From: a phage
Direction: 5' to 3' (one strand)
Sequence record: PZ179882.1
DNA length: 64,000 bases
Part shown: positions 28,263-37,194 of the stretch, one piece after another
How positions within the stretch are numbered: position 1 is the first letter of the stretch
Layout: every line of letters begins with the position of its first letter
Position numbers and translations under genes: made by a program
The notes under the pieces: model-generated
Told to the model about the DNA's origin: nothing
The model's input: only the letters and a program-made list of their open reading frames with translations
Databases searched by the model: none

Positions 28263-28982
28263 TTAGGATTCTTCTAAATGTCTTTTCTGAAAAGTTGATA
28301 CCATACTACGATACGGTTCATTTGGATACCCGTGTTTTATAGCTTCCTTTGTAAATTTTCTCCATCCATATTTAGTTTCTTTCCAAAGCTCGAATAATTC
28401 ATCTTCATATTGCCATATAGTTAAATGAGAACGCTTTGCAGCTTTAATTCCATTAATATGCTTTTCTTTTACTACAGGATTACTTAGTTTCTTTTTAATA
28501 ATATTACTAACTTTTCTAACAAAAACTGGGTCCTTATATCGTTGCGAAGTTTTTATTGAAGTGTTTAATTTAGCTTCCGGTGTGGATGTGACCTCTTTCA
28601 TCTTTTTCTTCATATGCTGTATATGATTAGGATTTTTCCATAAATTTATAGAATGCTTTTTGCATTTTATCCTAGTTTCATCTGCAACCTTTCCTCCTTC
28701 ACCTCCGTATGACAGGTTAACACAGTTTTTTCCATATTTCAATTTACCTGCCATGATATATAATATTTCAGCTTGTACCATTTTATCATAATTATCAAAA
28801 ACTTCTAAAACCGTTTTTGTTAATATGTGGTCATTTGACACTTTTACACGTTCTATATAATTTCCACTACCAACATACGAATCATTGATGTTATTAGTTA
28901 TATGTCGACCATAATAGTATTTCTTAATACCTGTCTTTAAATTTAATATTTCAGTTTTATAGATAGTAAAATATTTTTTCAT
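28263..28982 (-). CDS. GIY-YIG family endonuclease (Seg-like, free-standing)
   Basis: 239 aa; N-terminal IYKT...YYYGRH...YVGSGNY GIY-YIG-like module; lysine-rich C-terminal repeats (WKNPNH, YKDPVF, LSNPVV). Confidence 0.6.
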   Translation of the reverse strand: MKKYFTIYKTEILNLKTGIKKYYYGRHITNNINDSYVGSGNYIERVKVSNDHILTKTVLEVFDNYDKMVQAEILYIMAGKLKYGKNCVNLSYGGEGGKVADETRIKCKKHSINLWKNPNHIQHMKKKMKEVTSTPEAKLNTSIKTSQRYKDPVFVRKVSNIIKKKLSNPVVKEKHINGIKAAKRSHLTIWQYEDELFELWKETKYGWRKFTKEAIKHGYPNEPYRSMVSTFQKRHLEES

Positions 28983-29965
28983 TTTAATAATACCGTTTCA
29001 GCAATTTCTTCCCAACCGTTTTTGTCGGTCATAATAAAGTCAGCAAGATAAAGAGCAGTACGCAGTGAAACATTGCGTAAACGATTAACATTAACTTTCA
29101 TCCATGATAATGCTTTATAAGTTTCTTCATCAGAAAGACCGCGCTTTTGCATCATGTCGGTTGAAAGAATAACATCTTCAACCCTGACCATAATTTCTTC
29201 ATTAGTGTGAACACCCAAATCTAAATAAACTGAGCGGGACACTAATGCTTGTAAATGTGGAGCAAGTTTAGTACCACGGTCTAATTCGCGGTCAATATCA
29301 ACGTTTGTGATAAAAACAATCGTTCCTTTAAATTCAAACTCACGCTCAATGCCTTTTTCTTCTAAGTAAGAAGATGCAGTGCTCCAGCAGACTTTACGGG
29401 TCTCTCCAGTGTCCAGAGCAGCTTTTAGAAGATTAAGAATGTCCATATCAGAGAAAACATCCACATCATCAATCAAAAGGACAGAATTCTCTTCACGATT
29501 ATTCCAAAGCTGCTCATAAAGACCAATACCAGAGATTTTACCATTAATGCTTTTATATTCAATGTATCCATTATCATTTGCTTTATTTAAAGCTTTATCT
29601 AAAGAATACGTTTTACCAATACCTGCTGCGCCAGAGATAATTAATGAACGAATATTTCCATTAATAATACCATTCGTCATCATTCCCATAACATTAAATC
29701 TTTTATTAATGCGGGTTTTCATATCTTCATATGATTCTTTAACTTCTTCAACTTTTACACCATCATATGAAATATCTGATTTGTAAACCCAAACACCGCG
29801 ACGTTTACCGTCAATTTCAACAAAAACTTTACCATCTCCTTGTGCATCTACCGGAGCATTATCTGGGAACCATTCGCCTAAGAGCTCAAAAGTTCCAGAG
29901 ATTTCTTTACCGAAGTAGATACCCTTATTGATAGTTACAGTTTTCATTTTATTCTCCAATTTCAC
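28979..29965 (-). CDS. P-loop NTPase
   Basis: 328 aa; Walker A ISGAAGIGKT and Walker B-like VLLIDDVD. Confidence 0.55.
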   Translation of the reverse strand: MKLENKMKTVTINKGIYFGKEISGTFELLGEWFPDNAPVDAQGDGKVFVEIDGKRRGVWVYKSDISYDGVKVEEVKESYEDMKTRINKRFNVMGMMTNGIINGNIRSLIISGAAGIGKTYSLDKALNKANDNGYIEYKSINGKISGIGLYEQLWNNREENSVLLIDDVDVFSDMDILNLLKAALDTGETRKVCWSTASSYLEEKGIEREFEFKGTIVFITNVDIDRELDRGTKLAPHLQALVSRSVYLDLGVHTNEEIMVRVEDVILSTDMMQKRGLSDEETYKALSWMKVNVNRLRNVSLRTALYLADFIMTDKNGWEEIAETVLLK

Positions 29966-29979
29966 ATTTGTTTTGATAG

Positions 29980-30014
29980 GGTAATAGTATCACACTACTA
30001 CCCTGCTGTAAACA
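29980..30014 (-). promoter_or_regulatory. T4-type early promoter
   Basis: Minus strand GTTTACA, 17 nt, TACTAT. Confidence 0.5.
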
Positions 30015-30016
30015 AT

Positions 30017-30280
30017 TTATTTTAATGTTTGCCAAATTTTTACTGCTTCGCGACGAGATACTTCTACAGCTCCAAGTTCTACAGCTTTTTGGCGTCGCCG
30101 AGCGTGTAAGTCATAATGTTTAATGCGTTTATCTTGAAACCAAGAACGTTTCATTCCTATTGCTTCTGCCATTTCGTGAAGCTCTTCAATATCTCCATCA
30201 GTGAACATATGACAATTTTTAGTTGGATGACCGCGAAGTTTCCATCCATGATTCATTAAAACATCTACGTAAACTGTCAT
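30017..30280 (-). CDS. small conserved protein (DUF4031-like by recollection)
   Basis: 87 aa; motifs GHPTKNCHMFTD and HYDL. Confidence 0.35.
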   Translation of the reverse strand: MTVYVDVLMNHGWKLRGHPTKNCHMFTDGDIEELHEMAEAIGMKRSWFQDKRIKHYDLHARRRQKAVELGAVEVSRREAVKIWQTLK

Positions 30281-30495
30281 TGATTCTTCTCCAAATAAGT
30301 TTCGATAATTTTCTGGGCAAGATAAACCGCGTTATCTTCAGTTGCGTCTTCTAAGAAACTTTCAAAACACTCTGAAATTTCTTCTGTATCAATCAACTTT
30401 TTTACTTCAATTGGTGTAATTTTCATTTTGTTTTTCCGTTTAAGTGTTTGTTTTGATAGTTGTATAGTACCATAAAGCTTTATGCTTGTAAACAA
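30277..30495 (-). CDS. hypothetical protein
   Basis: 72 aa acidic protein. Confidence 0.4.
   Translation of the reverse strand: MFTSIKLYGTIQLSKQTLKRKNKMKITPIEVKKLIDTEEISECFESFLEDATEDNAVYLAQKIIETYLEKNQ
30460..30493 (-). promoter_or_regulatory. T4-type early promoter
   Basis: Minus strand GTTTACA, 17 nt, TACTAT. Confidence 0.5.
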
Positions 30496-30510
30496 TTTTG
30501 TGAAAAATTT

Positions 30511-30540
30511 TTGAAATAAAAAAGGGAGCCCGAAGGCTCC
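30511..30540 (-). terminator. intrinsic terminator (CUUCGG hairpin plus U-tract)
   Basis: Plus strand aaaaaagggagcccgaaggctccc; minus strand gives a GC stem, UUCG loop and U-run. Sits after the 337-aa gene. Confidence 0.6.
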
Positions 30541-30543
30541 CTA

Positions 30544-31557
30544 TCATTTATAATAACTTCGGTGGTTTTCAAGATAAACCCTCTCAAGGAAGTCATCCCA
30601 AAAACCCATGTCTACTTTTTGCTGCATACCGTTCTTAGAAGCTTCAGTAGATGCTGCTTCTACTTGATCGACCACATCTTCCAAAAACTCTTGAACCGTT
30701 TTAAATGGATGTTTACCCAACTTCACGTCGAGAATAAATGGAGCATCTTGGAGTGGATAAACCAAGTCACCAGTTTTGTAAATTTCCAATAGTTGGAGTC
30801 CACCACGGCAAGCATGACTCAGAGCTTTCCAGTCAATACCTTCATTGGCTTCGGCCTTACGAGCACGTTCACCGTATTCAGCATCTAATTTGTTCAGTGA
30901 CTGCTTAAGCTCAATAAGAGAAAGCGTTGTCTGATATTTACGACCCAACACTGTGTAGAACGTCTGTGGGCCTGTTTTCTCATGATTATGGAACACCCAT
31001 TCACAGAATTCGTTTTCTGGAAGACGATGCTTAATATCTTCAACTTTAGTACGACGCTGCTTAATAGAACCATCTTCTTGGTAATCAACCCATTTCTCAG
31101 GGATTTGATTAACTACTTTCAATACATCACGTAATGCAGCCAAACGAGAACCCTTAACGCCGTATTTAGAAGCTTGCTTACGGACATATCCTAAATAGGA
31201 TTTCATGTTAGTCGTATAAAAACGAGAACGGTTGTCTTGAATAAACTTCCACACATCAGGCAAATCAGATTTAACCACTAACTCAGGTGGAGTGTGAAGC
31301 ATATCTAACGCTACAGTTTCACCATCTGCTGCTAATTTAAAGAAATATTTAAGACTATACAATTCGTGGTCAATATCATCTTTAGTGTTTTTAGATGATG
31401 TGTTGTTAGTGTTTTTACTCATATGCTCTTTAACATTTCCGATAAGAATATCACGAGCAGGAGGAACAAAGATTTCTTTAAAATCTACATCAGATTCTGG
31501 GGTAGAAGTTCCATAAAGATGACTACCAAAATAGCTTTTCATTACTGTTTTCATCAT
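30544..31557 (-). CDS. predicted nucleotidyltransferase-fold protein
   Basis: 337 aa; N-terminal YFGSHLYGTSTPESDVDF fits the hG[GS]...D.D minimal nucleotidyltransferase motif. Confidence 0.45.
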   Translation of the reverse strand: MMKTVMKSYFGSHLYGTSTPESDVDFKEIFVPPARDILIGNVKEHMSKNTNNTSSKNTKDDIDHELYSLKYFFKLAADGETVALDMLHTPPELVVKSDLPDVWKFIQDNRSRFYTTNMKSYLGYVRKQASKYGVKGSRLAALRDVLKVVNQIPEKWVDYQEDGSIKQRRTKVEDIKHRLPENEFCEWVFHNHEKTGPQTFYTVLGRKYQTTLSLIELKQSLNKLDAEYGERARKAEANEGIDWKALSHACRGGLQLLEIYKTGDLVYPLQDAPFILDVKLGKHPFKTVQEFLEDVVDQVEAASTEASKNGMQQKVDMGFWDDFLERVYLENHRSYYK

Positions 31558-32015
31558 TCAGCCTTATATTCAATAACAGGACATACTTTAGCTTTACGAG
31601 CTTTTAAAAATTCAACGATAACCGATTTCTTGGGTTGAATAGGAGGTAAACCTTTATACGCCCTATCAATATTTTCTACGTGTAAAGCATAATCCTTTTT
31701 CCATTTATAATCTTTATATTTTTCACGCAGTTGTGCAGGAATAACAAATGAACCGATAATAAGTAAAACAACCAAAAGTGCAAGTATAAATGCCGATGGA
31801 AGAAGAGTCCATAAACTACCAAAAATAAGCCATTTCTGTATGATTTCTGCACAGATAATAGTTAGACCTGCGAGTATAGTACATCCGAAAAAAGAAACGA
31901 AAAATGTAGGGATAACAATAGACCAAAAGTATGCACACAGTGTCTTAGGTCGTTTCCATTCGTCGTTAAACAGTTTGAATAATTTATAGTGCCAAGAGTT
32001 TTCATTAATAATCAT
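31554..32015 (-). CDS. membrane protein
   Basis: 153 aa with several hydrophobic helices; 4-nt overlap with the upstream gene. Confidence 0.5.
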   Translation of the reverse strand: MIINENSWHYKLFKLFNDEWKRPKTLCAYFWSIVIPTFFVSFFGCTILAGLTIICAEIIQKWLIFGSLWTLLPSAFILALLVVLLIIGSFVIPAQLREKYKDYKWKKDYALHVENIDRAYKGLPPIQPKKSVIVEFLKARKAKVCPVIEYKAE

Positions 32016-32017
32016 AA

Positions 32018-32539
32018 TTATCCTTTCATTGAAGGTGTAACAGTTGTTAAATACTTAATCATAGCTTCAGCTTCTGATTTTGATAATGAAATTTCTTCAT
32101 TGTTTTGACGAATAGAAATAAAATCCGGATGACGGTCACCACCAGCTTTTAAAACACACATATAAGTATCAGTTTCATCTTCAATATCTGAAATGATTGA
32201 AGCAGTTCCACATGAATGTGGTTTTTGATAAATCAATACAGCTTTTCTTCCACCGTTTGACTGTTCATAAACTTTTAACACATCAAACAAATCGCTTCTT
32301 TTATCAATAGCTAAGATGTTGTTTTCATCTTCAATATTAAATCCTTCGGATACTTCATAAAGTGTCACCCATAAATCACCAATATCAATAACAGCGTTCA
32401 CTTTTCCATGACTTTCAAGAGCATTACAAATTTTCTTAATTTCATCATAACTCATTTTAATAATATCATCTCCTTGAATAAGGAAGATGTCATTTTTAAA
32501 TTCAACACGAATTAAACCACTTCCACTTGAAATAAACAT
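32018..32539 (-). CDS. hypothetical protein (paralog A)
   Basis: 173 aa; C-terminus SKSEAEAMIKYLTTVTPSMKG. Confidence 0.45.
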   Translation of the reverse strand: MFISSGSGLIRVEFKNDIFLIQGDDIIKMSYDEIKKICNALESHGKVNAVIDIGDLWVTLYEVSEGFNIEDENNILAIDKRSDLFDVLKVYEQSNGGRKAVLIYQKPHSCGTASIISDIEDETDTYMCVLKAGGDRHPDFISIRQNNEEISLSKSEAEAMIKYLTTVTPSMKG

Positions 32540-32545
32540 ATTTCC

Positions 32546-33103
32546 TCACTTTGAAATCATAGTTGGAATGACAGAATCGAGATAAGTCTTTAGCGCAATA
32601 GCTTCGTCTTTGGTAAATGTGACAATATACGATCGAAAATCATCAATTTGACGAATAGTTAAGACATCACCATCTTCATAGCATTTTGATACGTTTAAAA
32701 CAGTTTCATCATTCTGATTGCAAGCGTTAGTAATAATAGCATTGCAATTTTTGAGCCATTTTAAACTATGTTTTCTTTCATTAGAATAATAAAAATATTT
32801 AATCTTATCTATAAAACTATCCCAATGGATAACTGATAAACACATTGACTCACTTTTAATATTAAATCCTGGGCATGAAGAATAAAAATGAATTTTGTGC
32901 TCATCATTGATGCTTACTATTTTATCAGTATAAGGATATTCAATTTGGGTTAAATGAATGATTTCACTAGGCGTAAAATATAGCATATCGTCTTCTTGTG
33001 TCAAACGATACATATTATTTACTTTTTCTATAGCTAATTCACCAAAAAGCGGACTAACTTCTAATACTAATCGTTTCATATTGATTCTCTTCGACTCACC
33101 CAC
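32546..33103 (-). CDS. hypothetical protein (paralog B)
   Basis: 185 aa; C-terminus TKDEAIALKTYLDSVIPTMISK resembles the neighbouring gene. Confidence 0.45.
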   Translation of the reverse strand: MGESKRINMKRLVLEVSPLFGELAIEKVNNMYRLTQEDDMLYFTPSEIIHLTQIEYPYTDKIVSINDEHKIHFYSSCPGFNIKSESMCLSVIHWDSFIDKIKYFYYSNERKHSLKWLKNCNAIITNACNQNDETVLNVSKCYEDGDVLTIRQIDDFRSYIVTFTKDEAIALKTYLDSVIPTMISK

Positions 33104-33433
33104 AATTACATACTCCTTTGAATAATATCAATAATGTTGTTCACCAGATTATAAGTAAACATTGGATAATTATATTGAATCATCACATACACAACAAACA
33201 AAACTTTCATTCTCTTCTCCTTGGCAGTTGGCAAGATTACTATATCATAATCTTGCCAACTTGTAAACCATTAAATGACGTTTTCAATAAAATTCTGAAG
33301 CTTTGTGTGAGCATCAACCATGATTTTCAATTCTTCTTTAGCGAAAGCTGTACCTCTTTCCCGAGCAGAATACTCATAGTCAGAAACTGCATTAGCATAT
33401 TCTTCAATTAGCTTCATTAAAAACATCTGCTTT

Positions 33434-33628
33434 TCAGTTTTCATTATTCCACCTAATCATTTCAAGATATTGAACTAACTTAGCTTTGGATTTATCCAAA
33501 TCCTTTTTAGCTGCTTCTATACCGTCGTATGAATATCCTTCACAATGCTCAACTGCTAATTGGTATGAATCTATTTCAATATCACGTGCTAATTTAATAA
33601 TTTTTTCAAACTGTTCACGTGTTAGCAT
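33434..33628 (-). CDS. hypothetical protein
   Basis: 64 aa ORF. Confidence 0.4.
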   Translation of the reverse strand: MLTREQFEKIIKLARDIEIDSYQLAVEHCEGYSYDGIEAAKKDLDKSKAKLVQYLEMIRWNNEN

Positions 33629-33630
33629 AA

Positions 33631-33849
33631 TTAAACTCTCGTATTATGATCGATAATTTCATCAAGAAACATATCTAACGCTTCTAAAGCATTATCAACT
33701 TTAGCTTCAAATTCTTCAATACCTGATAAGGCAAAGTTAATGCGTTCCTCATCTGCTTTGCGAATTAAAGCTACCAATTCTTTAATTTTATCTGCTTGTT
33801 CAATGCTAGTCATTATTCCACCACATATGAAAGAGAGAATATTGCACAC
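33631..33849 (-). CDS. hypothetical protein
   Basis: 72 aa ORF. Confidence 0.4.
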   Translation of the reverse strand: MCNILSFICGGIMTSIEQADKIKELVALIRKADEERINFALSGIEEFEAKVDNALEALDMFLDEIIDHNTRV

Positions 33850-34001
33850 GCCATATGAGTTGCAGCTTCATCACACATATCATAACGTTTCTTAAGAAGT
33901 TCTACAAGTTCTTCACTAGTAACTTCATCCATGTCGACGAAAAAATCACCATTAATGATGACGTAGATATTTCCTTCTTGATTGAGTGCTTCAATTTTCA
34001 T
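33813..34001 (-). CDS. hypothetical protein
   Basis: Start moved to the internal Met ([10 protein letters not shown]) preceded by GAGGAG; the ORF-track start lies upstream of the promoter. Confidence 0.4.
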   Translation of the reverse strand: MKIEALNQEGNIYVIINGDFFVDMDEVTSEELVELLKKRYDMCDEAATHMACAIFSLSYVVE

Positions 34002-34029
34002 GATGTTCTCCTCTTTATCCGATGGTTGT

Positions 34030-34060
34030 ATAGTATCACAGCTCAAATTGAAAGTAAACT
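34030..34060 (-). promoter_or_regulatory. T4-type early promoter
   Basis: Minus strand GTTTACT, spacer, TACTAT. Confidence 0.5.
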
Positions 34061-34070
34061 GGTAAAATGA

Positions 34071-34092
34071 AAAAAGTCTCCCGAAGGAGACT
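34071..34092 (-). terminator. intrinsic terminator (CUUCGG hairpin plus U-tract)
   Basis: Plus strand aaaaaagtctcccgaaggagact. Confidence 0.6.
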
Positions 34093-34096
34093 AATG

Positions 34097-34483
34097 TTAT
34101 TCGAGGGAAAGAAGATATTTGCTCTGGTAAAACATCCCAGTAATATCATCTATCGTGCTTTGAATGGCTGGAGGCATTTCTTTATAAATGCTGTTAGATT
34201 GGTCTAGTATGCGATCAATCATTTTAATTGTGTCGGTAGGAAGTTTACTGGCATCCGGAATTGACGGCGTGTATTTTCTACCAGAATACCCCAAATATTG
34301 CTCACCAAATTTATCAATCAAATCTGGCAACTCAGAGAAAATAAAATCGTATGCTTTGTGTCTAGCATAACTTTTAGTTTCAAAATGCGCAGAATGAAAA
34401 TAAGCTTGTGCAGCCATTAATAAACCTAAGTATTCATCTGCCTTTGAAGGTTTTCCACTTTGTGAAAAGTCGCTGAATTTCAT
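34097..34483 (-). CDS. hypothetical protein
   Basis: 128 aa ORF upstream of rI. Confidence 0.45.
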   Translation of the reverse strand: MKFSDFSQSGKPSKADEYLGLLMAAQAYFHSAHFETKSYARHKAYDFIFSELPDLIDKFGEQYLGYSGRKYTPSIPDASKLPTDTIKMIDRILDQSNSIYKEMPPAIQSTIDDITGMFYQSKYLLSLE

Positions 34484-34773
34484 TCAGTCTCCAATTTAAT
34501 GTTCATAATTCTAGCGTATGATTGTGCCATCTCCGCGCCTCGCTCTATACATTCAAAATCGGAAGAGCACGGGTCATTTTTATAAGTCGTTCGCATAAAA
34601 CTATAGAACTGTTCAGATGATTCTACGCTTTTATTTTCAAAAAGCATATAAACGTGTCTAATACCAGATTCCATAAATTTATCAAAATGAGGATCGACAT
34701 TCGCTTCAATCGGTGGAGATAAAGCAAACGCTAATCCTAGCATGGCAAATAGTGCCGTTGCTTTTAAGGCCAT
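34480..34773 (-). CDS. rI: lysis inhibition regulator rI
   Basis: 97 aa with N-terminal signal-anchor MALKATALFAMLGLAFALSP; size and position match T4 rI. Confidence 0.8.
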   Translation of the reverse strand: MALKATALFAMLGLAFALSPPIEANVDPHFDKFMESGIRHVYMLFENKSVESSEQFYSFMRTTYKNDPCSSDFECIERGAEMAQSYARIMNIKLETE

Positions 34774-34785
34774 AAAGGCCTCCTA

Positions 34786-34998
34786 TCATTTTTGTCCTGT
34801 ATTTACTTTATGCCGATGCACGGCCTTAACTTTATCAAGGTATTTTTCAAAATTTCGCAATCTAGTATAGTCTGCCGGAGATTGGTTGAGTGATACTTCT
34901 CGACGCAAAGCTGAAATGATATTTCCAACTTCCCTACGAATTTCATCTAATTGAAGAACAGTAAGATTGCGAAGTTGCTTTTCAGTTAATTGTAGCAT
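34786..34998 (-). CDS. hypothetical protein (rI.1 position)
   Basis: 70 aa ORF. Confidence 0.45.
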
Positions 34999-35040
34999 AT
35001 ATACCCCTTTAGTTAGATAAACCTATTTATAACTTTTGCA

Positions 35041-35622
35041 CTAACCGAGCTTTTTAGTTAATTCATTCCAATGTTTTCTACACAAAGAAACATAAATTTC
35101 ATCACCAATACAGATTTGATTACCTTCTTTAACTGGTGTTCCATCTTCCATTAATCGAGCTGTCATAATAGCTTTTTTACCACAATGACAAACTGCCTTT
35201 AGTTCAATAAGTTTATCTGCAATCGCCAAAAGTTCTTTAGAACCTTCAAATAATTTTCCAGCGAAATCAGTCCTTAGCCCATAAGCCATAACAGGAACAT
35301 TATATGTATCGACAATTCGGCTTAATTGATGCACCTGTTCAGTTTTTAAAAACTGGGCTTCATCTACAAATACACAATGAATATCTTTTTGTGCTTCAGC
35401 CCATTTATAGAACTCAAAAATATCCATATCATCCGTAATAATATTCGCTTCCTGTTTAATTCCAATGCGAGAAACGACTTCACAGACAGAATCACGAGTA
35501 TCAATAGCAGGCTTAAGAACTAATACACCCATTCCGCGTTCTTTGTAATTATGTGCAGCAGTCAAAAGAGAAGCAGATTTTCCAGCATTCATTGCTGCGT
35601 AAGTAAAAATTAAACTCGCCAT
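35041..35622 (-). CDS. tk: thymidine kinase
   Basis: 193 aa; Walker A AAMNAGKSASLL and C-terminal zinc-ribbon cysteines. Confidence 0.92.
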   Translation of the reverse strand: MASLIFTYAAMNAGKSASLLTAAHNYKERGMGVLVLKPAIDTRDSVCEVVSRIGIKQEANIITDDMDIFEFYKWAEAQKDIHCVFVDEAQFLKTEQVHQLSRIVDTYNVPVMAYGLRTDFAGKLFEGSKELLAIADKLIELKAVCHCGKKAIMTARLMEDGTPVKEGNQICIGDEIYVSLCRKHWNELTKKLG

Positions 35623-35631
35623 ATCACCTTC

Positions 35632-35817
35632 TTAAAGCGTATTCACATAAGCTATTAATTCGTTTTCTTTCTTATCAAACCGATCAGCAAATTCTTCTTG
35701 CTGATCGGGAGATAGCGGGCCGTATTCATCATAAAAGGTGTTTGCTTCTGTATGCTCATCTAGAAGTTCATGGATAAGCTCAAACAATTTATCTTTTTGT
35801 TCTTTACTCAGACTCAT
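35632..35817 (-). CDS. hypothetical protein
   Basis: 61 aa acidic protein. Confidence 0.4.
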   Translation of the reverse strand: MSLSKEQKDKLFELIHELLDEHTEANTFYDEYGPLSPDQQEEFADRFDKKENELIAYVNTL

Positions 35818-35983
35818 ATATTAATTTCCAGGAGTTTTAAAATAATTCGCTTTTGCTTAAATATTTCCATAGTTAAATGACCAGTATCTTTTTGACCGAT
35901 TCCAATGGCAAAACCTTTATTGACAGCGAGTTCAATTAAATTATCAAGCTCACATAACACTTCATATTGTAACTCAAAACTAT

Positions 35984-36211
35984 TCATTTTGGTTTACCTT
36001 CTTTAACGAAATCAGGATAAGGATAAAATCCTGAATAAAATCCTTCGCCTTTATGATTGACGCATCCTTTATTAGAGCAATAGCACCAATAATCGAAATC
36101 ACAAGCCATTTCATCATTACATAAAGCAAAAACAACTGGCCATTCACACTTTTCGCAGTGGGCATTTTTAAGAATACTAGTTTGGCTCATAACCATGTAA
36201 CCTTTAAACAA
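35984..36211 (-). CDS. cysteine-rich small protein
   Basis: 75 aa with at least 9 Cys (CEKCEW, CNDEMAC, CYC, KGC). Confidence 0.45.
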   Translation of the reverse strand: MFKGYMVMSQTSILKNAHCEKCEWPVVFALCNDEMACDFDYWCYCSNKGCVNHKGEGFYSGFYPYPDFVKEGKPK

Positions 36212-36399
36212 TATTCTTCTACATGTTGTTTACGACCTTTCCTATCAATAAAGGTATATTCAACGAATGTTCCAATATAGTCTTTATCTACATCATGTGG
36301 ACTATTAATTGGGCATTTAGTACGGCAAATGCGTTCCCATTGACGAATAATTTCCACTTTGTTTTTAGGATCAAACGGATGCGGGTAATGTACTTTCAT
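36187..36399 (-). CDS. hypothetical protein
   Basis: 70 aa ORF. Confidence 0.4.
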   Translation of the reverse strand: MKVHYPHPFDPKNKVEIIRQWERICRTKCPINSPHDVDKDYIGTFVEYTFIDRKGRKQHVEEYCLKVTWL

Positions 36400-36850
36400 A
36401 ATCCACCACTATTAAATCAATATCAGGAGTAAACATGTCGATTAATTTAGAAACCTTATCCCAATCGCCGCCAGCAATACCGCAACCTATGCGTGGAATG
36501 TAAATTACTGGTTTAAACAAAAGGGTTTCTGCCTGTAGATTTAATTCTATCATGCAGTTTACTAAAGCACCATAATCAAGATTAGGACCCGGTTCGTATT
36601 GCGTATACAGGTTATAGCATATACCAAATCCTGTAGGATTATGTTTAAAAACAATAGACATATCACCTAATTTATCACGAGAACCGTACTCGGTAGTGGT
36701 TTTATCTATTTCTAAAATTTTGGGATAGGCTCTTGCTAATTGACCTGCTACGCCAGAGCCCATTGTGTGGAAGCAATTACACCCGTGCGCAATAATATTA
36801 CCTTGAAGAAATAGGGCGACAATATCGCCCTTGATATATTTTACAATCAT
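36371..36850 (-). CDS. macro-domain protein
   Basis: 159 aa; HGCNCFHTMGSGVAGQLARAYP resembles the macro-domain ADP-ribose-binding core. Confidence 0.55.
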   Translation of the reverse strand: MIVKYIKGDIVALFLQGNIIAHGCNCFHTMGSGVAGQLARAYPKILEIDKTTTEYGSRDKLGDMSIVFKHNPTGFGICYNLYTQYEPGPNLDYGALVNCMIELNLQAETLLFKPVIYIPRIGCGIAGGDWDKVSKLIDMFTPDIDLIVVDYESTLPASV

Positions 36851-37194
36851 CTAGTACTCAATCCTCGATTATAAGAATCTACTAAACGGTCAACCATTGA
36901 ATGACAAGCGGCTTTATCTTTCTCCTCCGCAACTGAACATTCTAAGGTATTCCACTTTTTAGCATATCGTTTTAACAATGTATCATTTTTGTATCTGCTT
37001 GATTTATCTCTTTCTCCGTCTTTATATGCATATATTAATTTCTGCGCAAATTCAGCTTGGCATGCTTTATTTTTCCCACAATAATCCGCGGCAGTACGGT
37101 TTACATACTCTCTAATTTCAGTATATGATGTATCTGCTAACGCAGAAGCAGAAAATGAAATTAATCCTATACATAAAACCAAAATTTTAGTCAT
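36847..37194 (-). CDS. vs: secreted protein at the T4 vs position
   Basis: 115 aa with signal peptide MTKILVLCIGLISFSASALA; assignment is positional. Confidence 0.4.
   Translation of the reverse strand: MTKILVLCIGLISFSASALADTSYTEIREYVNRTAADYCGKNKACQAEFAQKLIYAYKDGERDKSSRYKNDTLLKRYAKKWNTLECSVAEEKDKAACHSMVDRLVDSYNRGLSTR

Noticed and set aside
33104-33433. Plus-strand 97-aa ORF 33118-33411 in an apparent 330-bp gap
   Set aside because: Low-complexity translation on the strand opposite to all neighbours; the minus strand carries a 57-aa ORF (MKTEKQMFLMKLIEEYANAV...) below the ORF-track size cutoff, which more plausibly fills the gap.
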